Below, piece by piece: positions 40,158-52,764 of a stretch of 64,000 bases of DNA (positions are counted from its first letter, which is position 1; every line of letters begins with the position of its first letter). The DNA lies in contig NW_021835471.1 of the NCBI RefSeq assembly GCF_006345805.1, positions 1 to 64,000 on the forward strand, in the 5' to 3' direction. The translations under genes were made by a program, and so were the position numbers. The notes under the pieces are model-generated. The model saw only the letters and a program-made list of their open reading frames with translations. It ran no database searches and had not been told where the DNA came from. The stretch comes from Octopus sinensis (Eukaryota).

Positions 40158-40366
40158 TAATAATAATAATATAAAATAATAATTCATAATAATAATGATA
40201 ATAATTAATGATAATAATTAATAATAATAATAATAATTCATAATAATTCATAATATTAATAATAATAATAAATAATAATAATAATAATATAATAATAATT
40301 CATATAATTAATGATAATAATAATATATAATAATAATAAATAATAATATAATAATAAATAATAATA

Positions 40367-40397
<31 letters not shown>

Positions 40398-40606
40398 TCA
40401 TAATAATAATGATAATAATAATACTAATAATTAATGATAATAATAATAATAATAATAATAATAATCATAATAATAATGATGATAATAATAATAATCCTAA
40501 TAATAATAATAATAATAATAATAATTCATAATAATTAATGATAATGATAATAATAATAATCATAATAATAATAATAATATTAATAAAATAATGATAATAA
40601 TAATAA

Positions 40607-40663
<57 letters not shown>

Positions 40664-41007
40664 TAATGATAATAATAATAATAATAATAATATAATATTA
40701 ATGATAATAATAATAATAATGATAAACCTTTCTGTTATAGGCACAAGGCCCGAAATTGGAGGGAGGGGGCACAGTCGATTATATCAACCACAGTACTCAA
40801 CTGGTACTTAATTAATTGACCCCAGAAGGATGAACGGCAAAGTTGACCTCAGCGAAATTTGGAACTCAGAATAGTAGTTCAACAGAATTTGCAGAACATT
40901 TTGTTTAAAAACGGCTGCAATTTTGAAGAAGACTTGAAAGTGTATATTCTCAGACAATGTTCTGAATCTGCTTCACTTTCTATACTCAAAATGCAAGAGG
41001 AGAAATA
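40071..41007 (+). repeat. Local segmental duplication, copy B
   Basis: ggtttaatgggcgcagatttgacgtcagg...gaggagaaata; begins ~55 nt from the domain-2 acceptor. Confidence 0.9.
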
Positions 41008-41056
41008 TGCTCCACCATTGTACATTGCACAGCACCTTAGGCAAGTGTCTTTTACT

Positions 41057-42205
41057 ATGGAAGCACTCTGTCGGTTACAACGACGAGGGTTCCGGTTGAT
41101 CCGAATCAACGGAACAGCCCGCTCGTGAAATTAACGTGTAAGTGGCTGAGCACTCCACAGACACGTGCACCCTTAACGTAGTTCTCGGGGATATTCAGCG
41201 TGACACAGAGAGTGACAAGGCCGGCCCCTTGAAATGGATGGAAGCACTCTGTCGGTTATGACGACGAGGGTTCCGGTTGATCCGAATCACGGAACAGCCC
41301 GCTCGTGAAATTAACGTGTAAGTGGCTGAGCACTCCACAGACACGTGCACCTTAACATAGTTCTCGGGGATATTCAGCGTGACACAGAGAGTGACAAGGC
41401 TGGCCCCTTGAAATGGATGGAAGCACTCTGTCGGTTATGACGACGAGGGTTCCAGTTGATCCGAATCAACGGAACAGCCCGCTCGTGAAATTAACGTGTA
41501 AGTGGCTGAGCACTCCACAGACACGTGCACCCTTAACGTAGTTCTCGGGGATATTCAGCGTGACACAGAGAGTGACAAGGCCGGCCCCTTGAAATGGATG
41601 GAAGCACTCTGTCGGTTATGACGACGAGGGTTCCAGTTGATCCGAATCAACGGAACAGCCTGCTCGTGAAATTAACGTGTAAGTGGCTGAGCACTCCACA
41701 GACACGTGTACCCGTAACGTAGTTCTCGGGGATATTCAGTGTGACACAGAGAGTGACAAGGCCGGCCCTTTGAAATACAGGTGCAACAGAAACAGGAAGT
41801 AAGAGTGAGAGAAAGTTGTGGTGAAAGAGTACAGCAGGGATCACCACCATCCCCTGCCGGAGCCTCGTGGAGCTTTTAGGTGTTTTCGCTCAATAAACGT
41901 GTAAGTGGCTGAGCACTCCACAGACACGTGTACCCTAACGTAGTTCTCGGGGATATTCAGCGTGACACAGAGAGTGACAAGGCCGGCCCCTTGAAATACA
42001 GGTACAACAGAAACAGGAAGTAAGAGTGAGAGAAAGTTGTGGTGAAAGAGTACAGCAGGGATCACCACCATCCCCTGCCGGAGGCTCGTGGAGCTTTTAG
42101 GTGTTTTCGCTCAATAAACACTCATAACGCCCGGTCTGGGAATCGAAACCGCGATCCTATGACCGCGAGTCCGCTGCCCTAACCACTGGGCATTGCGCCT
42201 CCACG
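41057..42205 (-). mobile_element. SINE family A with its 3' ~180 bp tandemly repeated about 4 times
   Basis: ggaagcactctgtcggtta recurs at ~41059, 41239, 41419 and 41600. Confidence 0.88.
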
Positions 42206-43199
42206 TCTTTTACTATAGCCTCAGACTGACCAAAGCCTTGTGAGATTTCGTAGATGGAAACTGAAAGAAGCCCATCGTATATGTGTGTGTCTGTGTGCAT
42301 GTGTGTGCATGTGTGTCTGTGTTTTCCCCCACCACTGCTTGACAATCAGTTTTGCTGTATTTACATACCTATAACTTAGTGGTTTGGCAAAGAGACCGAT
42401 AAAATAAATATTTGGTTTAAAATAAATAAGCACTGGGTTGATTCATTCAACTACAAATAGTCCGCCCTCGAGGACTATACGCAGGAGATTTTTAGGGGTC
42501 TGTACCTCTGAAAAACCTAAACCTTGTGTATAATACGCACCCCTTCTCTAACTTGAGTCAAGGAGGTCTATATCACGTCCTTGGTTTGTAAAACTGTATA
42601 CGGTAACGTCCTTTATTATTATTGTATATATAACATAATGCAAACGTGTAGCTTTTTTGTGCATTTTGTTTGCAGAAAATAAAGAATAACAGTAATAACG
42701 TTTAATAAATGTTGCTTATGCAAGTTATGGATGATTCTTTTGACTTCATTGCTTTCAGGCTTAGCTTAAGGTATTTTCGCACCCGACATCACAAAATGCG
42801 TCTGAATAAACATTGCCGGACAGCAAATAGGAACTCGGACATTGCTTAGGAAATAATTTTCATTTTACGCACTAGGGATTTTGATCTTTAAATTTTGGGA
42901 AAAAATACGGATTATACTCAAGGATTTACGGTATATATATATATATATATATATATAGGTAGGTACAATAAAGTCAGGGTGAGAGGATATATATATCAAA
43001 TGAAATAAAAAACAGAACACAAAGGATGTCGCGGTACACAGGAGTGGCAGTGTGATAAGTAGCTTGCTTACCATCCACATGGTTCCGGGTTCAGTCCCAC
43101 TGCGTGGCATCTTGGGCAAGTGTCTTCATCTATAGCCCCGGGCCGACCAATTGCCTTGTGAGTGGATTGGTAGACAGAAACTGAAAGAAGCCTGTCGTA

Positions 43200-43238
<39 letters not shown>

Positions 43239-43574
43239 TTGTGTGTCTGTGTTTGTCCCCCTAGCATTGCTTGACAACCGATGCTGGTGTGTTTAACGTC
43301 CCCGTCACTTAGCGGTTCGGCAAAAGATACCGATAGAATAAGTACTGGGCTTACAAAGAATAAGTCCCGGGGGTCGATTTGCTCGACTAAAGGCGGTGCT
43401 CCAGCATGGCTGCAGTCAAATGACTGAAACAAGTAAAAGAGTAAAAGAGTAAAGAGTATATATGTAATAAAACATTATAATAATAATAATTATTATTATT
43501 ATATATATGTACACACACATATCAGGCTCATTTCAGCTTTTGTCTACCTAATCCATTCACAAAGCTTTAGTTAG

Positions 43575-44170
43575 TTAGTTAGTTAGTTAATTTGGCTCAA
43601 AAGCAAATAGCAAGGCCATGTAGGGGGACATGGAGTTAAGTACAGGGTGGTGTTCATATAAAGAGTTCAGGACACTTGAGGTCAAGGGAGGCTTTGAACA
43701 AAGCGGTCGTCGGCATCTTCACCATCTCGTCTGGCAGCTTGTTCCACGGATCCGCAACCCGGACGGAGAAAGCTCCTCTCCTTCGGTTGAGATGAAATCG
43801 TCGCTGGTAGAGGTTTTCGGAATGACCCCGCAGCCGATGCTCTGGAGCAGGAGTGAAGAACAGCTCTTTTGAGAGTTACACTTTCCGCTTGTGATGTTGT
43901 GGGCGAGAATGAGATCACCACGGCGGCGGCGTTTTTCTAGAGAATAAAGGTCAAGCGTCCTCACCTTTCTTCGTATAGGACAATTTTTGAGACTATGACC
44001 ATGCGGTAGCCAGCTTCTGGACTCTTTCGAGATGCTGTATGTCTTTGAGGAGATAAGGAGAAGAGGCTTGAATCCCGTACTCCAATATGGGTCTCACCAG
44101 CGTGACATAGAGCGGTCGGAATATGGCTGCTGTGAGCATTCCGAATGACCGTCGAATCAAGAACAGAATT
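43575..44170 (-). mobile_element. CR1-clade LINE 3' fragment with (TAAC)n tail
   Basis: LVRPILEYGIQASSPYL, LDLYSLEKRRRRGDLI and FSVRVADPWNKLP motifs (frameshifted). Confidence 0.85.
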
Positions 44171-44236
44171 CCGCGTGCTTTGGTTGGCCTAGGGAATGGT
44201 TCCTAACCAAAGCCATGCTTTCATCTTGCACCCAAT

Positions 44237-44935
44237 TTAACCCTTTAGCATTTAAACTGGTAAATCAATGCCCAATATTCTATTTGCTTTAGGTTCAAAA
44301 TACCCGCATCTGACCTCTCCCACCGTACCTACCATGCCATTCTCAACAGAAACAGTCACATCACAAAGCTATGAGATAATTTCTGAATTTCTGATTAATT
44401 CAAAAAACAATGTGAATAAATAAGGATTACATTTGGGAGATAATCTGAATGCTAAAGGATTAAACTGGCCTCTCACACCTACTCTGCAATGTCATTCTAA
44501 AAATAAACAATCACATCATTGAAATCTCAAAGCTATGATATAATCCATGATTAATCCAAAACAATGTGGATAAATAAGGATTACATTTGATAGAGTAATC
44601 TGAATGCTAAAGGATTAAACTGGCCTCTCACACCTACTCTGCAATGTCATTCTAAAAATAAACAATCACATCATTGAAATCTCAAAACTACAAGATAATC
44701 CATGATTAATCCAAAACAATGTGAATAAATAAGGATTACAGTTGACAGATAATCTGAATGCTAAAGGATTAAACTGGCCATATCTGGCCTCTCACACCTA
44801 CTCTGCAATGTCATTCTAACAATAAACAATCACATCATTGAAATCTCAAAGCTATGAGATAATCCATGATTAATCCAAAACAATGTGGATAAATAAGGAT
44901 TCCATTTGACAATAATCTGAATGCTGAAGGATTAA
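44237..44935. mobile_element. Second TTAA/CCCTTTAGCA-type MITE with about 4 tandem internal/terminal units
   Basis: ttaaccctttagcatt start; tctgaatgctaaaggattaa recurs about every 150-160 bp. Confidence 0.7.
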
Positions 44936-45544
44936 TATTTTTGCCATGGAAATTAAAAGGGAAAATGTGCAATAGAGATTATCAAAAGAAATTAGACACC
45001 TTATTTGTTGGATGGAAGCATTCCGTCGGTTACGACGATGAGGGTTCCGGTTGATCCGAATCAACAGAACAGCCTGCTCGTGAAATTAACGTGCAAGTGG
45101 CTGAGCACTCCACAGACACGTGTACCCTTAACGTAGTTCTCGGGGATATTCAGCGTGACACAGAGAGTGACAAGGCCGGCCCCTTGAAATACAGGTACAA
45201 CAGAAACAGGAAGTAAGAGTGAGAGAAAGTTGTGGTGAAAGAGTACAGCAGGGATCACCACCATCCCCTGCCGGAGCCTCGTGGAGCTTTTAGGTGTTTT
45301 CGCTCAATAAACACTCACAACGCCCGGTCTGGGAATGGAAACCGCGATCCTATGACCGCGAGTCCGCTGCCCTAACCACTGGGCCATTGCGCCTCCACTA
45401 GACACCTTATTACACTTAACCTAATTAGATTTAATTTAATGAGATTTATGTTTACTGAGGCATGACATCATCATACGTGGGTGTATGTCTGATTAAATTA
45501 CCTCTCCCTTTCTAGTTACTCCCATCCACCCTTATATAACACAG

Positions 45545-45880
45545 TGATATGGTGACCCCCTTCGGTCAGACACTGACCATGGGTTTGCACCTAGTGAGTT
45601 ACCCTCTGAGGCACAAGTCTGGGCAAGGTTGTTTTTTATGGAAGACCGGCAGTCGCCCATACATACCGGCCTCCCCTCTCCACATCACCGATGTTATCCA
45701 AGGGAAAGGCAAGGGCCGATACAGCTTGGCACCTGTGACGTCGCAACTCATTTCTACAGCTGAGTGAACTGGAGCAACGTGAGATAAGTGTCTTGCTCAA
45801 GAACACACACGCAGCCCGGTCCGGGATTCGAGCTCACAACCTCACGATCGTAAGCTCGACGCTCTAACCACTGAGCCAGT
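45545..45880 (-). mobile_element. tRNA-derived SINE (family D)
   Basis: Minus head TGGCTCAGTGGTTAGAGCG...GAGCTCGAATCC followed by gtgttcttgagcaagacactt. Confidence 0.75.
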
Positions 45881-45924
45881 AATATTCAGTTTAAAAGGAG
45901 AAAAAGGCTTCTTAATTCATTTAC

Positions 45925-45964
45925 CATTTTGGATAATTTCATAAGCTTCCACTTTCGTCGGACC
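45925..45964 (-). CDS. Ig receptor micro-exon 2 (40 nt as assembled; GPTKVEAYEIIQN if one A of the AAAA run is removed)
   Basis: ttttttttttcatcttttacag|GTCCGACGAAAAGTGG...CAAAATG|gtaaat. Homologous to the two 39-nt micro-exons but 1 nt longer, giving an in-frame TGA. Confidence 0.7.
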
Positions 45965-46645
45965 TGTAAAAGATGAAAAAAAAAAACGTTGATTTTCAGA
46001 TTTAATATTTGATCAACAGGATTGTTTATTATTTATGTTATAATAATTAAATAATAATTAAGACCTGTAGATACAATTATGCATTACATACAGTGGTAGT
46101 TTTAGAAGTCATTGAGCATGTGGTTCTCTGTTCAAACATCAACCATGTAGCATTTAAACTGGCCATATCTGGCCAAAATGTTTCACCTGTATTATGCAGG
46201 GCTGTGGAGTCGAAACAAAAAAAACATTGATTCTGACTCCTCTATTTAAATAAGCGACGGTGGTTTATTTTACCAACTCCGACTCCACGACTCTGACTCC
46301 ACGACTCCGAGACTCCGACCCCGCGACTCCGACTCTACGACTCCGACTCCATGACTCCGACTCCAACTCCATGACTCCAACTCCACAGTACCAGTTATGC
46401 ACTAGGGTCAATGTAATCAACCAGTCCCCTCCCCACAAATTTGAGACCTTGTGCCTCCAGTAGAAAGGATTATTATTATTATTATTATTAATATTATTAT
46501 TATTATTGTTATTGTTATTATTGTTATTATTATTATTGTTATTATTATTATTATTGTTATTATTATCATTATTATTAATTATTATTATCATCATTATTAA
46601 TTATTATTATCATCATTATTAATTATTATTATTATCATCATTATT

Positions 46646-46704
<59 letters not shown>

Positions 46705-46706
<2 letters not shown>

Positions 46707-47020
46707 TATGTTTGACTTTTGCTTTACATTTGTACAAGTTGGCTCCAAGTCTCACCCAGAGACCTCAAGAGACAACAGGTTGGAAGTTCATATTGGTGTT
46801 ATGCCTAGGGTGTCATATATTTGGTTTTGTACTTAGTGTTGTTCTAGAGAATGTTTAAGAAACCATAAGAAAATTATGTTTGTTTTAAAACTTGCGATTA
46901 CATAGAAAGTATTTTGCGTAGGATATGAGCAGTTCCCATGAGCACTATCTTTTGAATTTCTGCCACCTTTGGGTTTCCTGGTATCTGAGTTAGGTAGCAA
47001 TCAGCCCCTTTCGCTATCAC
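46705..47020 (-). mobile_element. 3' end of an RLE-type (R4/Dong/NeSL-like) non-LTR retrotransposon with (AAT)n tail
   Basis: 46898-47020 reads VIAKGADCYLTQIPGNPKVAEIQKIVLMGTAHILRKILSM*, the typical C-terminus of these elements, followed by a 3' UTR and a TAA-repeat tail (46470-46705). Confidence 0.7.
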
Positions 47021-47217
47021 ATTATTAGTATTATTATTATATTATTATTATTATATTATATTATTATTATTATTATTGTTATTATTATTATTGTTATTAT
47101 TATTATTATATTATATTATTATTATTATAATATTATTATTATATTATTATTATATATTATTATTATTATTATTATTGTTATTATTGTTATTGTTATTATT
47201 GTTATTATTGTTATTAT

Positions 47218-47259
<42 letters not shown>

Positions 47260-47263
47260 TATT

Positions 47264-47298
<35 letters not shown>

Positions 47299-47316
47299 TA
47301 TAAATCATTTCCTTAC

Positions 47317-47565
47317 CGTTTGCCTTCAAATCAAATTTTCCAATGTTGTAGTTGTTGTCATGAAATGTCCAATCCAAAAGGTCCTTAGTTACCTTTCGGA
47401 TCCAGAGAGAAGAAGAATTTCCACTCTGTGTCACTCTAAATTCAGCCCCTTTATAGCATACGTTGTCACACTCATACTTCCGAGTCCCACACCTCCACGT
47501 GACTGGTCTCTCCATATTTGGTACCTCAATGTGGAGAGTAGTATTTCCATTGAGGACAACATTTT
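47317..47565 (-). CDS. Ig receptor domain 1 main exon (249 nt): ENVVLNGNTTLHIEVPNMERPVTWRCGTRKYECDNVCYKGAEFRVTQSGNSSSLWIRKVTKDLLDWTFHDNNYNIGKFDLKAN
   Basis: ctttatttcag acceptor, G|gtaagg donor, phase 1-1. Ig hallmarks: B-strand TLxI, C-strand W, E-strand LxIxxV. Ungapped alignment with the two paralogous exons. Confidence 0.9.
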
Positions 47566-47659
47566 CTGAAATAAAGAAATCAGGTAAGAAGTTTGCTTTC
47601 CAACCACATGGTTCTGGGTTCAGTCCCACTGTGTGAGACCTTGGGCAAGTGTGTTCTAC

Positions 47660-48205
47660 AATATATTTCTTTATTGCTAACAAGGGGCTAAACATAGAGG
47701 GGACAAACAAGGACAGACAAACGGATTAAGTCGATTACATCGACCCCAGTGCGAAAGTGGTACTTTATTTATCGACCCCGAAGGATGAAAGGCAAAGTCG
47801 ACCTCGGTGGAATTTGAACTCAGAACGTAGCGGCAGACGAAATACCTATTTCTTTATTACCCACAAGTGGCTAAACATAGAGGGGACAAACAAGAACAGA
47901 CAAACGGATTAAGTCGATTACATCGACCCCAGTGCGAAAGTGGTACTTTATTTATCGACCCCGAAGGATGAAAGGCAAAGTCGACCTCGGTGGAATTTGA
48001 ACTCAGAACGTAGCGGCAGACGAAATACCTATTTCTTTATTACCCACAAGTGGCTAAACATAGAGGGGACAAACAAGGACAGACAAACGGATTAAGTCGA
48101 TTACATCGACCCCAGTGTGAAACTGGTACTTTATTTATCGACCCCGAAAGTATGAAAGGCAAAGTCGACCTCGGCTGAATTTGAACTCTGAACGTAACGG
48201 CAGAG
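47660..48205 (-). mobile_element. SINE family B tandem array (3 units)
   Basis: Same ~184-bp unit as 11170-12000. Confidence 0.88.
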
Positions 48206-49230
48206 TGGATTTGGTAGACAGAAACTGAAAGAAGCCCGTCGTATATATGTATATATATATATATATGCATGAGTGGCTGTGTGGTAAGTAGCTTGTTTAC
48301 CAACCACATGGCTTCGGGTTCAGTCCCACTGCGTGGCACCTTGGGCGAGTGTCTTCTACTATAGCCTCGGGCCGACCAAAGCATTGTGAGTGGATTTGGT
48401 AGACGGAAACTGAAAGAAGCCCGTCGTATATATGTATATATATATATATATATATGCAGGAGTGGCTGTGTGGTAAGTAGCTTGTTTACCAACCACATGG
48501 TTTCGGGTCAGTCCCACTGCGTGGCACCTTGGGCGAGTGTCTTCTACTATAGCCTCGGGCCGACCAAGCCTTGTGAGTGGATTTGGTAGACGGAAACTGA
48601 AAGAAGCCCGTCGTATATATATGTATATATATATATATGCATGAGTGGCTGTGTGGTAAGTAGCTTGTTTACCAAACACATGGTTTCGGATTCAGTCCCA
48701 CTGCGTGGCACCTTGGGTAAGTGTCTTCTGCTATAGCCTCAGGCCGACCAAAGCCTTGTAAGTGGATTTGGTAGACGGAAACTGAAAGAAGCCCGTCGTA
48801 TATATGTATATATATATATATATGCATGAGTGGCTGTGTGGTAAGTAGCTTGTTTACCAACCACATGGTTTCGGGTTCAGTCCCACTGCGTGGCACCTTG
48901 GGCAAGTGTCTTCTACTATAGCCTCGGGCCGACCAAAGCCTTGTGAGTGGATTTGGTAGACGGAAACTGAAAGAAGTCCGTCGTATATATGTATATATAT
49001 ATATATATGTGCATGATGGCTGTGTGGTAAGTAGCTTGTTACCAACCACATGGTTTCGGGTTCAGTCCCACTGCGTGGCACCTTGGCAAGTGTCTTCTAC
49101 TATAGCCTCGGGCCGACCAATGCCTTGTGAGTGGATTTGGTAGACAGAAACTGAAAGAAGCCTGTCGTGTATGTGTATATATATATATATATGTGTGTGT
49201 GTTTGTATGTCTGTGTTTGTCCCCCTAGCA
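48205..49230 (+). mobile_element. tRNA-derived SINE (family C) head region repeated about 5 times (~182 bp)
   Basis: gagtggctgtgtggtaagtagc...ggttcagtccc...gaaagaagcccgtcg(ta)n units. Confidence 0.88.
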
Positions 49231-49326
49231 TTGCTTGGTAATGTTGATAAAAAAGGATTAATTTTGGCAGAATAATGCGAACACTAAAGGGTTAAAAGCA
49301 GAAAAAATATTTGTTAATCCATTTAC

Positions 49327-49365
49327 CAGTTTGGAAAATTTTGTAAAGTCGTGCTTTCATCAAAC
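49327..49365 (-). CDS. Ig receptor micro-exon 1 (39 nt): (C)LMKARLYKIFQT, end of signal peptide + A strand of domain 1
   Basis: cttttacag|...|gtaaat boundaries, 39 nt, phase 1-1, open frame; homologous to 45925-45964 and 37526-37564. Confidence 0.8.
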
Positions 49366-49425
49366 CTGTAAAAGACGAAAATGAAAATATTTGAGTTTCA
49401 CATTTTACATTTGATCAACAGGATT

Positions 49426-50057
49426 ACTCTTTTACTCTTTTACATGTTTCAGTCATTTGACTGCGGCCATGCTGGAGCACCACCTTTAATTGAGCAACTC
49501 GACCCCCGGGACTTATTCTTTTGTAAGCCCGGTACTTATTCTATCGGTCTCTTTTGCCGACCGCTAAGTTTACTCTTTTACTTGTTTCAGTCATTTGACT
49601 GCGGCCATGCTGGAGCACCGCCTTTAATCGAGCAACTCGACCCCGGGACTTATTCTTTTGTAAGCCCAGTACTTATTCTATCGGTCTCTTTTGCCGAACC
49701 GCTAAGTTTACTCTTTTACTTGTTTCAGTCATTTGACTGCGGCCATGCTGGAGCACCGCCTTTAATCGAGCAACTCGACCCCGGGACTTATTCCTTTGTA
49801 AGCCCAGTACTTATTCTATCGGTCTCTTTTGCCGAACCACTAAGTTTACTCTTTTACTTGTTTCAGTCATTTGACTGCGGCCATGCTGGAGCACCGCCTT
49901 TTAGTCGAGATAATCGACCCCGGAACTTATTCTTTTGTAAGCCCGGTACTTATTCTATCAGTCTCTTTTGCCGAACCGCTAAGTAACGGGGACATAAACA
50001 CACCAGCATCGGTTGTCAAGCAATGCTAGGGGAACAAACACAGACACACAAACATAT

Positions 50058-50092
<35 letters not shown>

Positions 50093-50256
50093 CGACGGGC
50101 TTCTTTCAGTTTCCGTCTACCAAATCCACTCACAAGGCTTTGGTCGACCCGAGGCTATAGTAGAAGACACTTGCCCAAGATGCCACGCAGTGGGACTGAA
50201 CCCGGAACCATGTGGTTGGTAAACAAGCTACTTACCACACAGCCACTCCTGCGCCT
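49426..50256 (-). mobile_element. SINE family C insertion with about 4 tandem 3' units and AGGATT target-site duplication
   Basis: AGGATT at 49420-49425 and 50257-50262; the paralogous empty site tttgatcaacAGGATTgtttattt is at ~46010-46030. Confidence 0.9.
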
Positions 50257-50550
50257 AGGATTGTTTATTATTTATGTTACAATAATTATATAATAATTAA
50301 CACCTGTAGATATAATTACTCTGGCGAGCTGGCAAACACGTTAGCGCGCCTGGCGAAATGCTTAGCGGTATTTCGTCTGCCGTTACATTCTGAGTTCAAA
50401 TTCCGCTGAAGTCAACTTTGCCTTTCATCCTTTCGGGGTCGATAAATAAAGTACCAGTTTCGCACTGGGTCGATATAATTGACTCAATCCCTTCGTCTGT
50501 CCTTGTTTGTCCCCTCTATGTTTAGCCCCTTCTGGGCAGTAAAGAAATAT

Positions 50551-50895
50551 ATATTGGGTTGTCCGGAAAGTTCGTGCCGATTTTTAAAGGAAATAAATAT
50601 TTGCTATTATATTTTTAATCAACCAAATATGAACCATTTTGTTGCACAATGCATCTCTATCTTACCTTTAACTTGAAAATACCCTCTTCCCAGAATTGGT
50701 GGGGTTTCATGGCAACCAATTCATAAAGGTATCTTTTTACGTCATCCAAGGAATTGAAATTTTTACCATTAAGACTATTCTGCAGAGACTTGAATAAGTG
50801 GAAGTCCGAAGGAGCAATATCTGGTGAATATGGAGGGTGGGGTAACACATCACAGCCAAGCTGCAGCAATTTTTGTCTGGTTCCCAAAGCATTGT
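50551..50895 (-). mobile_element. Tc1/mariner relic: transposase C-terminus and one TIR
   Basis: HPPYSPDIAPSDFHLF motif (ORF 50657-50887); TIR-like tattgggttgtccggaaagttcgtgccgattttt in a TA context. Confidence 0.85.
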
Positions 50896-51465
50896 GTTGA
50901 AAATGAACTTTTCTTATCTTCCATTTTAAAAGGGTTACAGAATTAACACAGGTTATAGGAACATAAACCTTCTTCCATGAAAAGATAGCTTAAACTGTGC
51001 TCTAAATGGAGGTGTAGTCAAATCCTATTTTATGGACTCAACCATGTTCTAAAATAAGTCGAAAGGTAAGCTACTATAAATCGGCCGAGCTGCAGCAATT
51101 TTTGTCTGGTTCCCAAAGCATCAAGTGCCGAAAAAGAACTTTCTAATCTTCCATTTTAAAGGGTTACAGAATTAACACAGGTTATAGGAACATAAACCTT
51201 CTTCCACGAAAAGATAGCTTAAACTGTGCTCTAAATGGAGGTGTAGTCAAATCCTATTTTATGGACTCAACCATGTTCTAAAATAAGTCGAAAGGTAAGC
51301 TACTATAAATCGGCCGAGCTGCAGCAATTTTTGTCTGGTTCCCAGAGCATCAAGTGCCGAAAATGAAGTTTCTTATCTTCCATTTTAAAGGGTTACAGAA
51401 TTAACACAGGTTATAGGAACAAAACCTTCTTCCACGAAAAGATAGCTTAAACTGTGTTCTAAAGG
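50859..51465. repeat. ~229-bp tandem repeat, about 2.6 copies, starting inside the mariner relic
   Basis: agctgcagcaatttttgtctggttccc at 50859, 51088 and 51317. Confidence 0.9.
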
Positions 51466-51482
51466 GTGGTGCACTTTAATAC

Positions 51483-51782
51483 CTTAACGGGGACTGGTCT
51501 TCCCTGCACCGAAAGCTTCATGGAGCACAAGTCCAGCTGACAAGCCATCGACGCTGAATAATCCAATCGCAAAATACACTGATCTTCCATCTCCACCACA
51601 TAGACAGGAAGCATGACTTCTAGTCCGGCAACATCAATCCAGAGATTAACCGGTCCTCACAGCTCAGTACAATGCCCGGTAACACTACACAACTGCTGCA
51701 ATGACTCTGGCAGGTCTAGATGCCGCAACACATTGGGCACCACAAAGGTTTGTCCCAAGGCTGAATCAATCACAAGAGAACA
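51483..51782 (-). mobile_element. Degenerate Ty3/Gypsy-like aspartic protease fragment
   Basis: CSLVIDSALGQTFV...*...LPVYVVEMEDQCILRLDY: retropepsin-like IDS(G) and CILG(L)D motifs, both degenerate, with one stop. Confidence 0.55.
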
Positions 51783-52332
51783 TGTCCAGGCTATAGTAGA
51801 AGACACTTGCCCAAGATGCCACGCAGTGGGACTGAACCCGGAACCATGTGGTTGGTAAGCAAGCTACTTACCACACAGCCACTCCAACACCTATAATATA
51901 TATGACGTAGCCAGTAGGGCCAACAACAACAACGAAAATAACACACACAAAACGTTGCTTAGTCAAAGTAATTTTTTTTTTTGTTAACAAAGCAGGAGTG
52001 GCTGTGTGGTAAGTAGCTTGCTAACCAACCACATGGTTGCAGGTTCAGTCCCAGTGCGTGGCATCTTGGGCAAGTGTCTTCTGCTATAGCCCCAGGCCGA
52101 CCAATGCCTTGTGAGTGGATTTGGTAGACGGAAACTGAAAGAAGCCCGTCATATATATTATAGGTGTTGAGTGGCTGTGTGGTAAGTAACTTGCTTACGA
52201 ACCACATGGTTCCGGGTTCAGTCCCACTGCATGGCACCTTGGGCAAGTGTCTTCTACTATAGCCTCGGGCCGACCAAAGCCTTGTGAGTGGATTTGGTAG
52301 ACGGAAACTGAAAGAAGCCCGTCGTATATATG

Positions 52333-52367
<35 letters not shown>

Positions 52368-52764
52368 ATATGTTTGTGTGTCTGAGTTTGTCCCCCCACC
52401 CAACATCGCTTGACAACCAATGCTGGTGTGTTTACATCCCCATAACTTAGCGGTTCAGCAAAAGAGACCGATAGAATAAGTACTAGGCTTACAAAGAATA
52501 AGTCCTGGGGTCAATTTGCTTGACGAAAGGCGGTGCTCCAGCATGGCCACAGTCAAATCACTGAAACAAGTAAAATTTTTTTTAAATAGTAACACAGTCC
52601 CTTTTCTTCTTTCTTTTCTTTTTTCTTTTCCTTTCTTTTAAAGAAACACATTTAACAGCAAAGTTCTTTTTCTTTTTCTTCTTTTCTTTTCAAACATTTA
52701 ACGTTACAAAGTTTTCTTTTTTTTTAAACATTTAACAACAAAAAGTTTGTTTCCCTTTAAAACA

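Noticed and set aside
49381-49986. 201-aa repetitive ORF and similar ORFs (MSSNARGTNTD..., MVGKQATYH...)
   Set aside because: Recurrent translations of SINE family C sequence, not genes.
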